From Alphaproteobacteria bacterium MarineAlpha9_Bin1 (GTDB taxonomy: Bacteria; Pseudomonadota; Alphaproteobacteria; TMED109): a DNA stretch of 53,882 bases. The position numbers and the translations under genes were made by a program. Position 1 is the first letter of the stretch. Each line of letters begins with the position of its first letter. The stretch is taken from positions 1-53,882 of the forward strand of contig PTKJ01000001.1 in the NCBI GenBank assembly GCA_002937675.1, read 5' to 3'. This document shows positions 36,535-45,970 of the stretch, piece after piece. The notes under the pieces were generated by a model. The model was not told the origin of the DNA. It saw only the letters and a list, made by a program, of their open reading frames with translations, and ran no database searches.

Positions 36535-37449
36535 TTATAATATTTTTTTTGACAACGGGTGCATATCTAAAGCTCTACGACGCGTATCATCAGCAATATG
36601 AGTATATATTTGTACAGTTGATATATCCGTATGCCCTAACATTTCCTGTAAAACTCTTAAATCTGCCCCTCCTGCTAGCATATGAGTAGCAAATGCATGC
36701 CTTAAACTATGTGGAGATATTTTTTTATCATCTAAACCGGCTTTTGAAGCAGTAATTTTCAAAAGTTGTGAAAACCTTCTAGCCGTTAGATATCCTTTAT
36801 CGCTGGAAGAAGGAAACATCCATGGGGAAAACAAATTGTTTTTAATAAAAAAGTTTCTAATTGATAAGTATTCCTTCATAGCTTTCATAGCAATTTTTCC
36901 TACTGGAACCAGTCTCTCTTTATCTCCCTTTCCTCTAACTAACAAATAAGATTTTTCTAGGTTTATTGATTGTAGAAGCAAGCTAACCAGCTCTTCTACC
37001 CTTACTCCTGTTGAATACATAAGCTCTACTAAAGCAAGTAATCTAATTTTTTTCGGATTTTCATAAGGCTTAATAGAATTAATTAACCTTTCTATATCAG
37101 AAATGCTTAACACATATGGAAGAATTAGATGCCTTCTGGGCGCTCTAAAATCACTTATTGGGTTTTCCTTTATGAATTCATCAATAACTAAAAACTTATA
37201 AAACTCCTTTATTGAAGAAATTTTTCTTAAATAGCTGTTTCTTGAAAGATTCTGATCATTTAAATAAGCTAACCATCCTGAAATATGTGTTCTTTTAATA
37301 GTTAAAACCGAAAGATGGTATTTTTTATGTATAAAACTTACAAAAATTTTTGTATCACTGAGATAAGCTCTTCTAGTATTTGGTGAAGACATTTTTTCAG
37401 CTATCATCATTTCGTCGAAGAGTTGAATCAGGTTGTAATCTTTATTCAT
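36535..37449 (-). CDS. xerD: Tyrosine recombinase XerD (chromosome dimer resolution)
   Basis: RGKGDKERLVP, HSLRHAFATHML, and LGHTDISTVQIYTH. Adjacent to accA, as in many alphaproteobacteria. Confidence 0.8.
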   Translation of the reverse strand: MNKDYNLIQLFDEMMIAEKMSSPNTRRAYLSDTKIFVSFIHKKYHLSVLTIKRTHISGWLAYLNDQNLSRNSYLRKISSIKEFYKFLVIDEFIKENPISDFRAPRRHLILPYVLSISDIERLINSIKPYENPKKIRLLALVELMYSTGVRVEELVSLLLQSINLEKSYLLVRGKGDKERLVPVGKIAMKAMKEYLSIRNFFIKNNLFSPWMFPSSSDKGYLTARRFSQLLKITASKAGLDDKKISPHSLRHAFATHMLAGGADLRVLQEMLGHTDISTVQIYTHIADDTRRRALDMHPLSKKIL

Positions 37450-37452
37450 AAT

Positions 37453-39297
37453 TTACTGGGTTGCAGCTATTGCTGCTTCAACCGCGATTGCTCTGGCATC
37501 ATCTTCAAGTTCTATTTTTCTTAGTGCTCTAATCACTGCATTCAAGCTAACTAGGCCAGATTTAGAGGGGCCATCAGAGCCTAGCATAATTAAACTTATA
37601 GCAACAACCTCTGCCACTCTCCGTTTTTTCGCAGCATCTATTAATTGGTAACGTAGTGCACTAGAAGGAATACTTTCTTCTGTGTGTGTATATTCTGGAT
37701 TTACTAGATTTTTCCATGAACCCTCTGCGATCTCTATCCCCATAGCACTAAGTAAAACTAGTAACCGACTTGCCCTATGTTGTTTCTCCATGTGGCTTAA
37801 AGTATCAGGCAAACCTGACCAAACATCCGTAGCCTGAGAACTAATAAAGGGACTAGGAAGAGGTTGACCAGAAACTGCAATCAAGGGAAGTAATCTCAAT
37901 AAACTACCAGACGCTTCAAAATCTAAATCAGCCGTTTTTCCGAGTAAAGCAAGCCACTCGGAAGCTAATTTATAATTACCTCCTGCCATTGCAGCTCTAG
38001 CAGCTGAGTCAGCAAACCATATCAAATCAGATCTGGGTTTTAAAGTCGCTAAAATAGGTATAATTGCCGATGCATATGTTGCAAACAAGTCCTCTTCGTC
38101 TGATCTATCTAACAATAGTCTTAAAAACCTTGCTCTTTCTATATATGAAGTTGCTCTCATAGAAGCCTGATACAATAGAGTTCTTGCCATATAGCCCTCC
38201 ATATTTTTACTTTCTGTAGCTGCTCGAGTAAAAATATTTTCTGCAAAACTATATTCAGCACAAAGTTGACCTAAAAAACTACTTTCCAAGGCACCTGCCG
38301 CCACAGCTTGTTCTGCCAATAAAATTCTCAATTTCCAAGGATGAGAAGGGGTCAATGCTACTACTCTTTTTCCGGAAGGACTTAATTTAAACCTTTGTTT
38401 GTCTAGTAACTCACCTGGAAGTACAGCTACTAGTATTTGGAAATATGTGCTTTCTAAATTACTTTCTTCAGGAGGAGCATAACCATCTGCCAAAGAATAT
38501 ATTAATGAAGAAAAAACATCTTCACTTTCTAATTCAGCCATTAATAATTCAAGACTTAATAAAGCTGCATCTCTTTTTCCCTCTATTAACTGGCATATTA
38601 CTAGAATTTTTCTCCAATGTAGCTCTTCGGTACGCCTTGCTAAATTAATTACTTCTGAACAAACTTGCTTTGTTTCTCCAGACAATAATCTAGCACTAAT
38701 AGCTTCTTTTGCTAATGTATCCACCATATCTGCGGGATGGACTGTTTCACTTAATTTCAAAAGTTCTTTTCCTGCTCCTAAACGAGCTAATTTAGAAAAT
38801 CTTAAAGAAAGAAATGTTGCCTCCTTATTTTCTAACTCTATAGGCTTTCCATCAGGCCCAATTACAGAAAGTTCCTTTGTGGATGATACTAAAGGTCTGG
38901 CTGCGCGACTTAGCAACAATCTTTTTGCTAAACTACGCATCGCAGCAGATGGAGCATTAACAGGTAAAAGTTCTATGAGAATTTTTGCAAAATTAGCATC
39001 TGTTCCATTCCACATGTCCCATCCTAGACTACCATCTTCTTCTGACAATATTCCTGTCCAGCCGGCACTAATTTTGGGTAACTCAGTAATGGCTATGTTA
39101 TCTACGGTATCAATGACTTTATCACTATAATTATTTGTCTCATTATCAGTGTCTTCCAATTCTACATCTGGAATAATATTTTTTGGAGTGCCTGTGGTCT
39201 CAAATTCACTTTCCTGAGAAAAAGATTGAATAGTAAAAAAAATGCACAATAAAATTATTACCTTTGTAAGCAAAAGCTTTTGATTATAAATACTCAT
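37453..39297 (-). CDS. Secreted/periplasmic protein of unknown function (614 aa, Ala/Leu/Arg-rich)
   Basis: Sec signal (LLLTKVIILLCIFFTIQSFS/QE) and an acidic linker, followed by a long helical-looking Ala/Leu-rich body. Starts 3 nt upstream of xerD. Confidence 0.6.
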   Translation of the reverse strand: MSIYNQKLLLTKVIILLCIFFTIQSFSQESEFETTGTPKNIIPDVELEDTDNETNNYSDKVIDTVDNIAITELPKISAGWTGILSEEDGSLGWDMWNGTDANFAKILIELLPVNAPSAAMRSLAKRLLLSRAARPLVSSTKELSVIGPDGKPIELENKEATFLSLRFSKLARLGAGKELLKLSETVHPADMVDTLAKEAISARLLSGETKQVCSEVINLARRTEELHWRKILVICQLIEGKRDAALLSLELLMAELESEDVFSSLIYSLADGYAPPEESNLESTYFQILVAVLPGELLDKQRFKLSPSGKRVVALTPSHPWKLRILLAEQAVAAGALESSFLGQLCAEYSFAENIFTRAATESKNMEGYMARTLLYQASMRATSYIERARFLRLLLDRSDEEDLFATYASAIIPILATLKPRSDLIWFADSAARAAMAGGNYKLASEWLALLGKTADLDFEASGSLLRLLPLIAVSGQPLPSPFISSQATDVWSGLPDTLSHMEKQHRASRLLVLLSAMGIEIAEGSWKNLVNPEYTHTEESIPSSALRYQLIDAAKKRRVAEVVAISLIMLGSDGPSKSGLVSLNAVIRALRKIELEDDARAIAVEAAIAATQ

Positions 39298-39418
39298 TTT
39301 CTATAACCTTTTCTATAATTTGTGGGTGCACGGGAAGTCCTTTTATCATAAATGTTACGGAAATCCCTACAATACTAATAGCTATTAAGAAAAATAAGAT
39401 TTTTAAAAATTTACCCAT
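39284..39418 (-). CDS. Candidate 44-aa single-pass membrane peptide
   Basis: Hand translation gives MGKFLKILFFLIAISIVGISVTFMIKGLPVHPQIIEKVIENEYL*. It overlaps the start of the 614-aa ORF by 14 nt. Confidence 0.3.
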   Translation of the reverse strand: MGKFLKILFFLIAISIVGISVTFMIKGLPVHPQIIEKVIENEYL

Positions 39419-39564
39419 ATTAACCCATTCCTAATAAAATATTATGCATTAATCTAATTATTCTAACTTTAAAGCATATATTGAACATTTGCTTTTTAAT
39501 ACTATCTTATTTTTCTAATTTACATCTTTACAGCTAGATGAGATATTAAATAAATTAAACGACA

Positions 39565-40182
39565 GTGTTTAAAAATAACATGATTCAGTCATTAAATAAA
39601 ATAATTCATAATCCATTAAGTCTTAAAAAGAAAGAGTTTATAAATAATAAACTTAAAGATAAACCAATAATCCTCGTAGGAATGCCAGGTTCTGGAAAAA
39701 CAGCTATAGGTAAAATTATGGCAAAGAAGTTAAATAGAATCTTTTATGACTCAGACCAGATCATTGAGGGAAGGTTTGGCCATACTATAAGCGAAATATT
39801 TGAAAAAATGGGTGAAAAAAAATTTAGAGAAATTGAGTACGAAGAATTATTAAAAATTAAAAATGGTAATTTTGTAATTGCTACAGGAGGAGGAGCTTAT
39901 ATATATCCTAAAAGCCATTACCTAATTAACAAATATGGTTTTACTATTTGGATAAAAGCCAGCCAAAAAATTATTGTACAAAGAACTATAAATAATAAAA
40001 ATAGACCATTACTCCAAGGATCAGGTATAATTACTAAAGTAAAAGTTTTATTAAGAGAAAGAAACCCAATATATTCCAAGGCTAAACTTACTGTATTTGC
40101 GACTAAAGAAAATAAAATTAAAATGCTGAATAATGTTATTTACGCTATCTCAAAAAATCTAAATGATAATAAAAATGGTTAA
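39565..40182 (+). CDS. aroK: Shikimate kinase
   Basis: Walker A GMPGSGKT and ATGGG. The start is uncertain (GTG at 39565 or ATG at 39580). Confidence 0.9.
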   Translation: MFKNNMIQSLNKIIHNPLSLKKKEFINNKLKDKPIILVGMPGSGKTAIGKIMAKKLNRIFYDSDQIIEGRFGHTISEIFEKMGEKKFREIEYEELLKIKNGNFVIATGGGAYIYPKSHYLINKYGFTIWIKASQKIIVQRTINNKNRPLLQGSGIITKVKVLLRERNPIYSKAKLTVFATKENKIKMLNNVIYAISKNLNDNKNG

Positions 40183-41275
40183 AACCGTAAAAACTTGCTT
40201 TAATCACACAAATTATAAAATATATATTGGTAAAAACATTTTGGAAAAAATAGATTTTTATCATAAAAGTCTATTTCAAAATAGGCCAAAATTGATAACC
40301 TATGATAAAAATTTATATCAAACTTCCACTTTTAATATTCTACTGAAGCAATTTGGAAATAAAACCAAAACTATTCCTATAAAGCCTGGAGAAGAAAGCA
40401 AATCAATAAAAAGCTTGGAAAAACTCTATAATAACTTACTCTCAGCCGGAATAGATCGAGATTCAGTTATTTATGCATTAGGGGGAGGAGTGATAGGAGA
40501 CCTAGTAGGATTTGCAGCTGCAACTATACTGAGAGGTGTAGACTATGTCCAAATCCCTACTACTCTTCTTTCACAAATTGACTCTTCCGTGGGAGGTAAA
40601 ACTGCCATAAACAATCAGTATGGAAAAAATCTTATAGGTTCTTTTTATCAACCCAAACTGGTCATCATAGATATTGATACATTATCGAGTCTTTCTCAAA
40701 GACAAATGAAAACAGGCTATGCCGAAATGGTTAAGTACGCTATCATCAATGACCTGAATTTTTTCAAGTGGCTTGAAAAAAATGGGAAGCACGTTTTAAA
40801 TAAAGAAGACAAATGCCTAGAAAAATCTATTCATCAATGTGTATCTTCTAAAGTAAATATAGTTTCTAAAGATGAAAAAGACAAAAATGAGAGAGCTCTT
40901 TTAAACCTAGGGCATACATTTGCACATGCATTTGAAAAAAATTCTAATTATAGCAATATGACTCATGGAGAAGCAGTATCTGTAGGGTTACTTTTAGCTT
41001 CTAAACTCTCAAATAAGCTAAAATATTGTGATCTAGAAGATACTATTAGAATTGAAGAGCATTTAGGTCAACTTCAATTGCCGACAAAAATTCAAAACTT
41101 ATTTCCAAAAAACATAAGAGCGAATGATATTATTGCATCTATGAAACTAGATAAAAAAAATTATGGTAATATCATAAGGTTCATATTAATAAAGGGTATA
41201 GGAAAGGCATTTATTTGTGATAAAGTAAAAGAAAAAGATCTGAAAGAATTTCTTATTGAGAATGGAGCAATTTAA
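40163..41275 (+). CDS. aroB: 3-dehydroquinate synthase
   Basis: GGGVIGDLVGFAAAT, SSVGGKTAIN, and LNLGHTFAHA. Overlaps the aroK end. Confidence 0.9.
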   Translation: MIIKMVKTVKTCFNHTNYKIYIGKNILEKIDFYHKSLFQNRPKLITYDKNLYQTSTFNILLKQFGNKTKTIPIKPGEESKSIKSLEKLYNNLLSAGIDRDSVIYALGGGVIGDLVGFAAATILRGVDYVQIPTTLLSQIDSSVGGKTAINNQYGKNLIGSFYQPKLVIIDIDTLSSLSQRQMKTGYAEMVKYAIINDLNFFKWLEKNGKHVLNKEDKCLEKSIHQCVSSKVNIVSKDEKDKNERALLNLGHTFAHAFEKNSNYSNMTHGEAVSVGLLLASKLSNKLKYCDLEDTIRIEEHLGQLQLPTKIQNLFPKNIRANDIIASMKLDKKNYGNIIRFILIKGIGKAFICDKVKEKDLKEFLIENGAI

Positions 41276-41341
41276 ATACTATAAAATGAATCTTGACAAA
41301 CTTAGTAAACTAATTTTTCAAATAACAATCTACGAAATAAA

Positions 41342-42577
41342 ATGGTAATAGAAATAATTATTATAGTTCTTTTACTTATAGTTTCTGCTTTTTTTTCCTC
41401 ATCAGAGACTGCTATAACTAGGGTTTCTGATTCAGAAATACGTAAAAAAGCAGAAGATGGAAATTTTAAAGCCATTAGAACAAAAAATCTTTTGGAAAAT
41501 AGAGAGAAGGTAATTGGAGCACTTTTATTAGGTAACAATGCTGTCAACATTTTGGCTTCTGCAATTGCTACTAGCATTTTGATTGTTCCTTTTGGAGACG
41601 TGGGAATTTTCTACGCAACAATACTAATGACTATTCTAATATTTATTTTTTCAGAAGTGCTGCCTAAAACTTATGCCATAAGAAAATCGGAAAAACTAAC
41701 CTTATACTCTACTCCATATATAAAATTTATTACTATGATTCTAGCTCCTATAAATATCATGGTTCAAATCTTAGTTAGTTCCATACTAAATTTTGCTGGG
41801 GGAGAAAAAAATAGAAGTGATTGGAGACAAAATTTAAGGGGTGCAATAATTTTAGCTAATGATCAAGGAGAAGTTAGGAAAAGAGACAGGAAGATGCTTG
41901 AAGGAATCTTAGATCTAAATGATTTAAGCGTAGAAGAAATTATGACTCATAGAAAAAATATAGAAAGTCTTAATATTTCTCAAGAAAACCAGACTCTATC
42001 CAACCTTGCTATAAAAAGTCATTTTAGCAGAATTCCTATATGGAAAAACAATCCTGACAACATTATTGGAATTCTACACATTAAAGATTTAATTAGAGCT
42101 ATTACGATTTCCAAAAACTTTGAAATAGAAAAAATTATGCAGAAACCTTTATTTATTCCTGAAACCACCTCTCTTTCAATTCAATTAAATCAATTTAGAC
42201 AGTCTTCTACACCGATGGCCTTAGTAGTGGATGAGTACGGTGTACTTCAAGGTTTGATAACTCTAGAAGATATTTTAGAAGAAATTGTTGGAGAAATTTT
42301 CGATGAATTTGACAAACCTTCTTCTCAACCTTCTGAATTAAATGACGGAAGTGTTTTAGTTGATGGCACTATGACCGTAAGAGATTTCAATCGTTTTATG
42401 GACTGGAAGATTCCCGATGATGAAGCCTCAACCCTTGCAGGCTTGGTTATAGAAAAAGCGCAAAAACTTCCTCAAAAAGGACAAATATTGAGTATTAAAG
42501 ACTATAAGTTTAAAGTAATAAGTAGAAGCAAAACCAGAATTTCTAAATTGTCAATAGTAAAAAAACTTAATAACTAA
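41342..42577 (+). CDS. CNNM/DUF21-CBS-CorC_HlyC family protein (TlyC-like hemolysin/Mg-Co efflux family)
   Basis: N-terminal 4-TM DUF21 (FFSSSETA), a CBS pair, and a C-terminal CorC_HlyC domain (TLAGLVIEK). Confidence 0.85.
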   Translation: MVIEIIIIVLLLIVSAFFSSSETAITRVSDSEIRKKAEDGNFKAIRTKNLLENREKVIGALLLGNNAVNILASAIATSILIVPFGDVGIFYATILMTILIFIFSEVLPKTYAIRKSEKLTLYSTPYIKFITMILAPINIMVQILVSSILNFAGGEKNRSDWRQNLRGAIILANDQGEVRKRDRKMLEGILDLNDLSVEEIMTHRKNIESLNISQENQTLSNLAIKSHFSRIPIWKNNPDNIIGILHIKDLIRAITISKNFEIEKIMQKPLFIPETTSLSIQLNQFRQSSTPMALVVDEYGVLQGLITLEDILEEIVGEIFDEFDKPSSQPSELNDGSVLVDGTMTVRDFNRFMDWKIPDDEASTLAGLVIEKAQKLPQKGQILSIKDYKFKVISRSKTRISKLSIVKKLNN

Positions 42578-42578
42578 A

Positions 42579-43454
42579 ATGTTTATAGAGTTAATTTCAA
42601 TTATTTTTCCAGTCATAATAATTATAGGCATAGGATATATCTGGAACAATATTGGTAATAATTTAAATCAAAAAGAAATTATAAAATTCATTGCCTGGAT
42701 TGGAGCTCCTTGCCTAGTATTTAATTCTCTTATAAATCTTGATTCCTCTTTTTCTGTAGTAAAAAATGTTATTATAGCGGCAATACTTATGATTGTAGGC
42801 ATGTTATTATTTTCATATATAGTACTTAAAATATTGAATTTAAATTTTAGAACATATGTTAATCCCATAACTTTCGTTAATAGTGGCAACTTAGGAATAA
42901 CTCTGTGCTTATTCGCTTTTGGTAATATAGGATTAGAGATATCTATTATTTATTTTGCAGTAGTTTCTATAGCAAATTTTACACTAGGTGTGTCCATATG
43001 GTCAGGAGAATGGTCGCCAAAAATTTTGCTGAAAAGTCCTATACTTTTTGCCGCTATGGCCGTTATATTTTTTAACGTAATTAACATTCCTATTCCTAAA
43101 ATGGCCATGAATACAATATCTTTGTTATCTGGAGCCACTATCCCTCTTCTCCTATTTAGCATGGGAATATCTATTGCAAATATAAAATTTGATATAAGTT
43201 TTAAACTTATTTTTTTAATTTTATTGAGAACCACATTTGCTTTGTTTCTAGCTTACTCTGTCACAGTTATTTTAGATCTAGATGGGGTTTCGCAAAAAAT
43301 TATATTGTTACAGGCAGTTTTACCTGCAGCGTTATTTAACTTTTTATTTTCGTCAGAATATTCTATTTCCCCACCTGAAGTAGCAAATTATATTATGCTA
43401 TCAACTATAATTTCAATATTAACTATTTCTATATTCTTATTCATCATCATATAG
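42579..43454 (+). CDS. AEC (auxin efflux carrier) family transporter
   Basis: 291-aa polytopic membrane protein with an AEC-like layout. Confidence 0.7.
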   Translation: MFIELISIIFPVIIIIGIGYIWNNIGNNLNQKEIIKFIAWIGAPCLVFNSLINLDSSFSVVKNVIIAAILMIVGMLLFSYIVLKILNLNFRTYVNPITFVNSGNLGITLCLFAFGNIGLEISIIYFAVVSIANFTLGVSIWSGEWSPKILLKSPILFAAMAVIFFNVINIPIPKMAMNTISLLSGATIPLLLFSMGISIANIKFDISFKLIFLILLRTTFALFLAYSVTVILDLDGVSQKIILLQAVLPAALFNFLFSSEYSISPPEVANYIMLSTIISILTISIFLFIII

Positions 43455-43475
43455 GTAATTTACAAGGAGAATACA

Positions 43476-44009
43476 ATGCCACTTACGAGAGCAAAAAATA
43501 GGAAAGCTATTCATAACAGAAACGTACATTGTTCCGGATACTTAAGAGAGGACAATCTCTGGGATATTGAGGGCCACTTAATTGACACAAAAACCTATGA
43601 CTTTGAAACTTGGTCAAGAGGAGAAGTAAAAGCTGGTACCCCTGTACATGATATGAGCATAAGAATTACATTAGATGACAACCTAAAAATTCATGACATT
43701 GAACTAGATATGTCAGCTAACCCCTATCAATCTTGTCCTGCAGTCATACCTAATTTTAACAAACTAAAAGGCATAGAAATTACTAAAGGCTTTAAGAAAA
43801 AAATAAGAGAGGTAGTCGGAGGAATAAAAGGATGCACACACATGGTAGAGTTGCTTTCTCCCATAGCTACTACTGCTTTTCAAACTATTTATTCCTACAA
43901 GAATAAGAAACAAAAAGGTGCGGCACCTAAATTAATAAATTCTTGCTATAGTTGGAGTGAGAAAGGCGAAGTGATAAAAAAGGAATACCCTGATTATTAT
44001 AAAAAATAG
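43476..44009 (+). CDS. DUF2889 family protein
   Basis: IHNRNVHCSGYLREDNLWDIEGHLIDTK, PVHDMSIRITLD, ANPYQSCP, and GCTHMVELL blocks. AAGGAG Shine-Dalgarno. Confidence 0.55.
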   Translation: MPLTRAKNRKAIHNRNVHCSGYLREDNLWDIEGHLIDTKTYDFETWSRGEVKAGTPVHDMSIRITLDDNLKIHDIELDMSANPYQSCPAVIPNFNKLKGIEITKGFKKKIREVVGGIKGCTHMVELLSPIATTAFQTIYSYKNKKQKGAAPKLINSCYSWSEKGEVIKKEYPDYYKK

Positions 44010-44010
44010 C

Positions 44011-44280
44011 TTAAGGAGTATCTAAACTCATAGTAAGAGCGTGCAAACCTGACTTAAACTCTTCAGCTAGCAAATTTTGCACCATTCTTTCTCTTTCTAT
44101 TCTAGTTTTACCGGAAAACTGGTGGCTCTTTATTATAATCTTAAAATGGCTTTCCCCTCCTTTGGGAGCACTATTATGTCCTTCGTGAAGTGCACTTTCA
44201 TCAATAATACTAATATATTGAGGAGAAAGAAATTTAATAATTACTTGCTCTATACGATTTTTTCGTTCACTTTTAGTCAT
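44011..44280 (-). CDS. bolA: BolA family protein
   Basis: DESALHEGH...HFKIIIKSHQFSGKTRIERERMV. 89 aa. Confidence 0.85.
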   Translation of the reverse strand: MTKSERKNRIEQVIIKFLSPQYISIIDESALHEGHNSAPKGGESHFKIIIKSHQFSGKTRIERERMVQNLLAEEFKSGLHALTMSLDTP

Positions 44281-44335
44281 TTACAATCTACCCTATAAAT
44301 AATAAAAAAAATACATATAAATCACGTACTTGCTA

Positions 44336-44917
44336 ATGAAATATACTAGAAAACATAAAGATAGATTCCAATTCATATCATTACAAGAAGAAAACAGATT
44401 GCAGTTGATTAAATATTGTGAATGGCAAGATTGTAATAAAGAAGGGGAGTACAGAGCACCAAGAAAAAGAAATTTTTTAAGAGATTTTCATTGGTTTTGT
44501 CTAGAACATGTAAGAATGTACAATAATAAGTGGGATTATTTTTCTGGCTGTTCTCAAAATGAAATAGAGAAAGAGATTAAAGAGGACACAACATGGCATA
44601 GACCAACTTGGCCAATGGGAATATATAATGGTACTTTTTATGTTAAAGATGATAATTATAAAATTTTTAACGACAAAAGTTTTAAAGATTCAAATGAAAC
44701 CAACACTGATAATGAAAATGAAAATGAAAAAAAAATCTCAGATGCTTATATTACCCTAGGAGTTAATAATGATGCTTTCTTGCCTGAAATCAAAAGAAGA
44801 TATAAAACATTGGTCAAAATATATCATCCTGATAAAAACCAAAATGAAGAAAATACATCTGATAAATTAATTAAAATAAACACTGCATACTCTATCCTCT
44901 TAGAAATATTAAGCTGA
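44336..44917 (+). CDS. J-domain protein with an N-terminal Cys/His motif
   Basis: C-terminal J domain DAYITLGV...EIKRRYKTLVKIYHPDKN. N-terminal CEWQDC...DFHWFCLEHV. ATG at 44336 preferred over the TTG at 44330. Confidence 0.75.
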   Translation: MKYTRKHKDRFQFISLQEENRLQLIKYCEWQDCNKEGEYRAPRKRNFLRDFHWFCLEHVRMYNNKWDYFSGCSQNEIEKEIKEDTTWHRPTWPMGIYNGTFYVKDDNYKIFNDKSFKDSNETNTDNENENEKKISDAYITLGVNNDAFLPEIKRRYKTLVKIYHPDKNQNEENTSDKLIKINTAYSILLEILS

Positions 44918-44953
44918 TAAAATTTGAACAATTATATATCTTGAAAGAATAAT

Positions 44954-45970
44954 ATGACCGAAAATAAAAATACTCATAATCTACCAGATACTACTATTGA
45001 TGCAAAAAAAGCATTTGATATAGATGTTGACTTGAAAGTACCTGCTTATACTGAACCCGACGAATACGTACCAATCATTGATAAAAATTATTATTTTGAT
45101 AAAGATACGACACTCTCTATTTTGGCAGGTTTCAAACATAACAGAAGAGTACTTATTCAGGGATACCACGGTACAGGTAAATCAACACATATAGAACAAA
45201 TTGCGGCCCGTTTAAACTGGCGTTGTGTTAGAGTTAATTTAGACAGTCATATTAGCAGAATAGATTTGATAGGAAGAGACGCCATTGTTTTACAAGAGGA
45301 AAAACAAGTGACAACTTTTAAAGAAGGAATATTACCCTGGGCTATTCAATCTCCTACAGCATTAGTATTTGATGAATATGATGCAGGAAGACCAGACGTT
45401 ATGTTTGTAATACAAAGAATTTTAGAAAGCGATGGAAAATTGACATTATTAGATCAAAGTAAAGTCATCACTCCACATAAATCTTTTAGATTATTTGCAA
45501 CCACAAATACTGTGGGGCTAGGAGATACCTCAGGAATATATCATGGAACTCAACAAATCAACCATGGGCAGATGGACAGATGGAATATTGTCTCTTCTTT
45601 AAATTATTTAGATGAAGAAATTGAAGTAAAAATCGTTATTCTTCAGATTAATTTAGATACATCTAATGTTTTAAATCAAGATGAAATCTACAAAATGGTC
45701 AGATTAGCTAATTTATCAAGAAATAGCTTTAAAAATGGAGATCTATCCACCGTTATGTCTCCAAGAACAGTAATAACATGGGCAGAAAACGCCCTAATAT
45801 TTAAAGATATAATGTATGCCTTTAAAGTAACATTCTTAAATAAATGCGATGAAACAGAGCGTTCTACCTTAAGTGAATATTATCAACGCTGCTTTGGAAA
45901 AGAATTTCCAAAAGAATGGTTAAGTTTTATATATGAAAAAGATAGTAACAATAATGAAACTGAAATATGA
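44954..45970 (+). CDS. cobS: CobS-type AAA+ (MoxR-like) ATPase
   Basis: [42 protein letters not shown], and [11 protein letters not shown]. Confidence 0.85.
   Translation: MTENKNTHNLPDTTIDAKKAFDIDVDLKVPAYTEPDEYVPIIDKNYYFDKDTTLSILAGFKHNRRVLIQGYHGTGKSTHIEQIAARLNWRCVRVNLDSHISRIDLIGRDAIVLQEEKQVTTFKEGILPWAIQSPTALVFDEYDAGRPDVMFVIQRILESDGKLTLLDQSKVITPHKSFRLFATTNTVGLGDTSGIYHGTQQINHGQMDRWNIVSSLNYLDEEIEVKIVILQINLDTSNVLNQDEIYKMVRLANLSRNSFKNGDLSTVMSPRTVITWAENALIFKDIMYAFKVTFLNKCDETERSTLSEYYQRCFGKEFPKEWLSFIYEKDSNNNETEI

Noticed and set aside
36535-37449. Tyrosine recombinase as a possible integrase marking a mobile element.
   Set aside because: Its sequence blocks and its position next to accA match the chromosomal dimer-resolution recombinase XerD. 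There is no flanking tRNA, no direct repeats, and no phage or plasmid genes.
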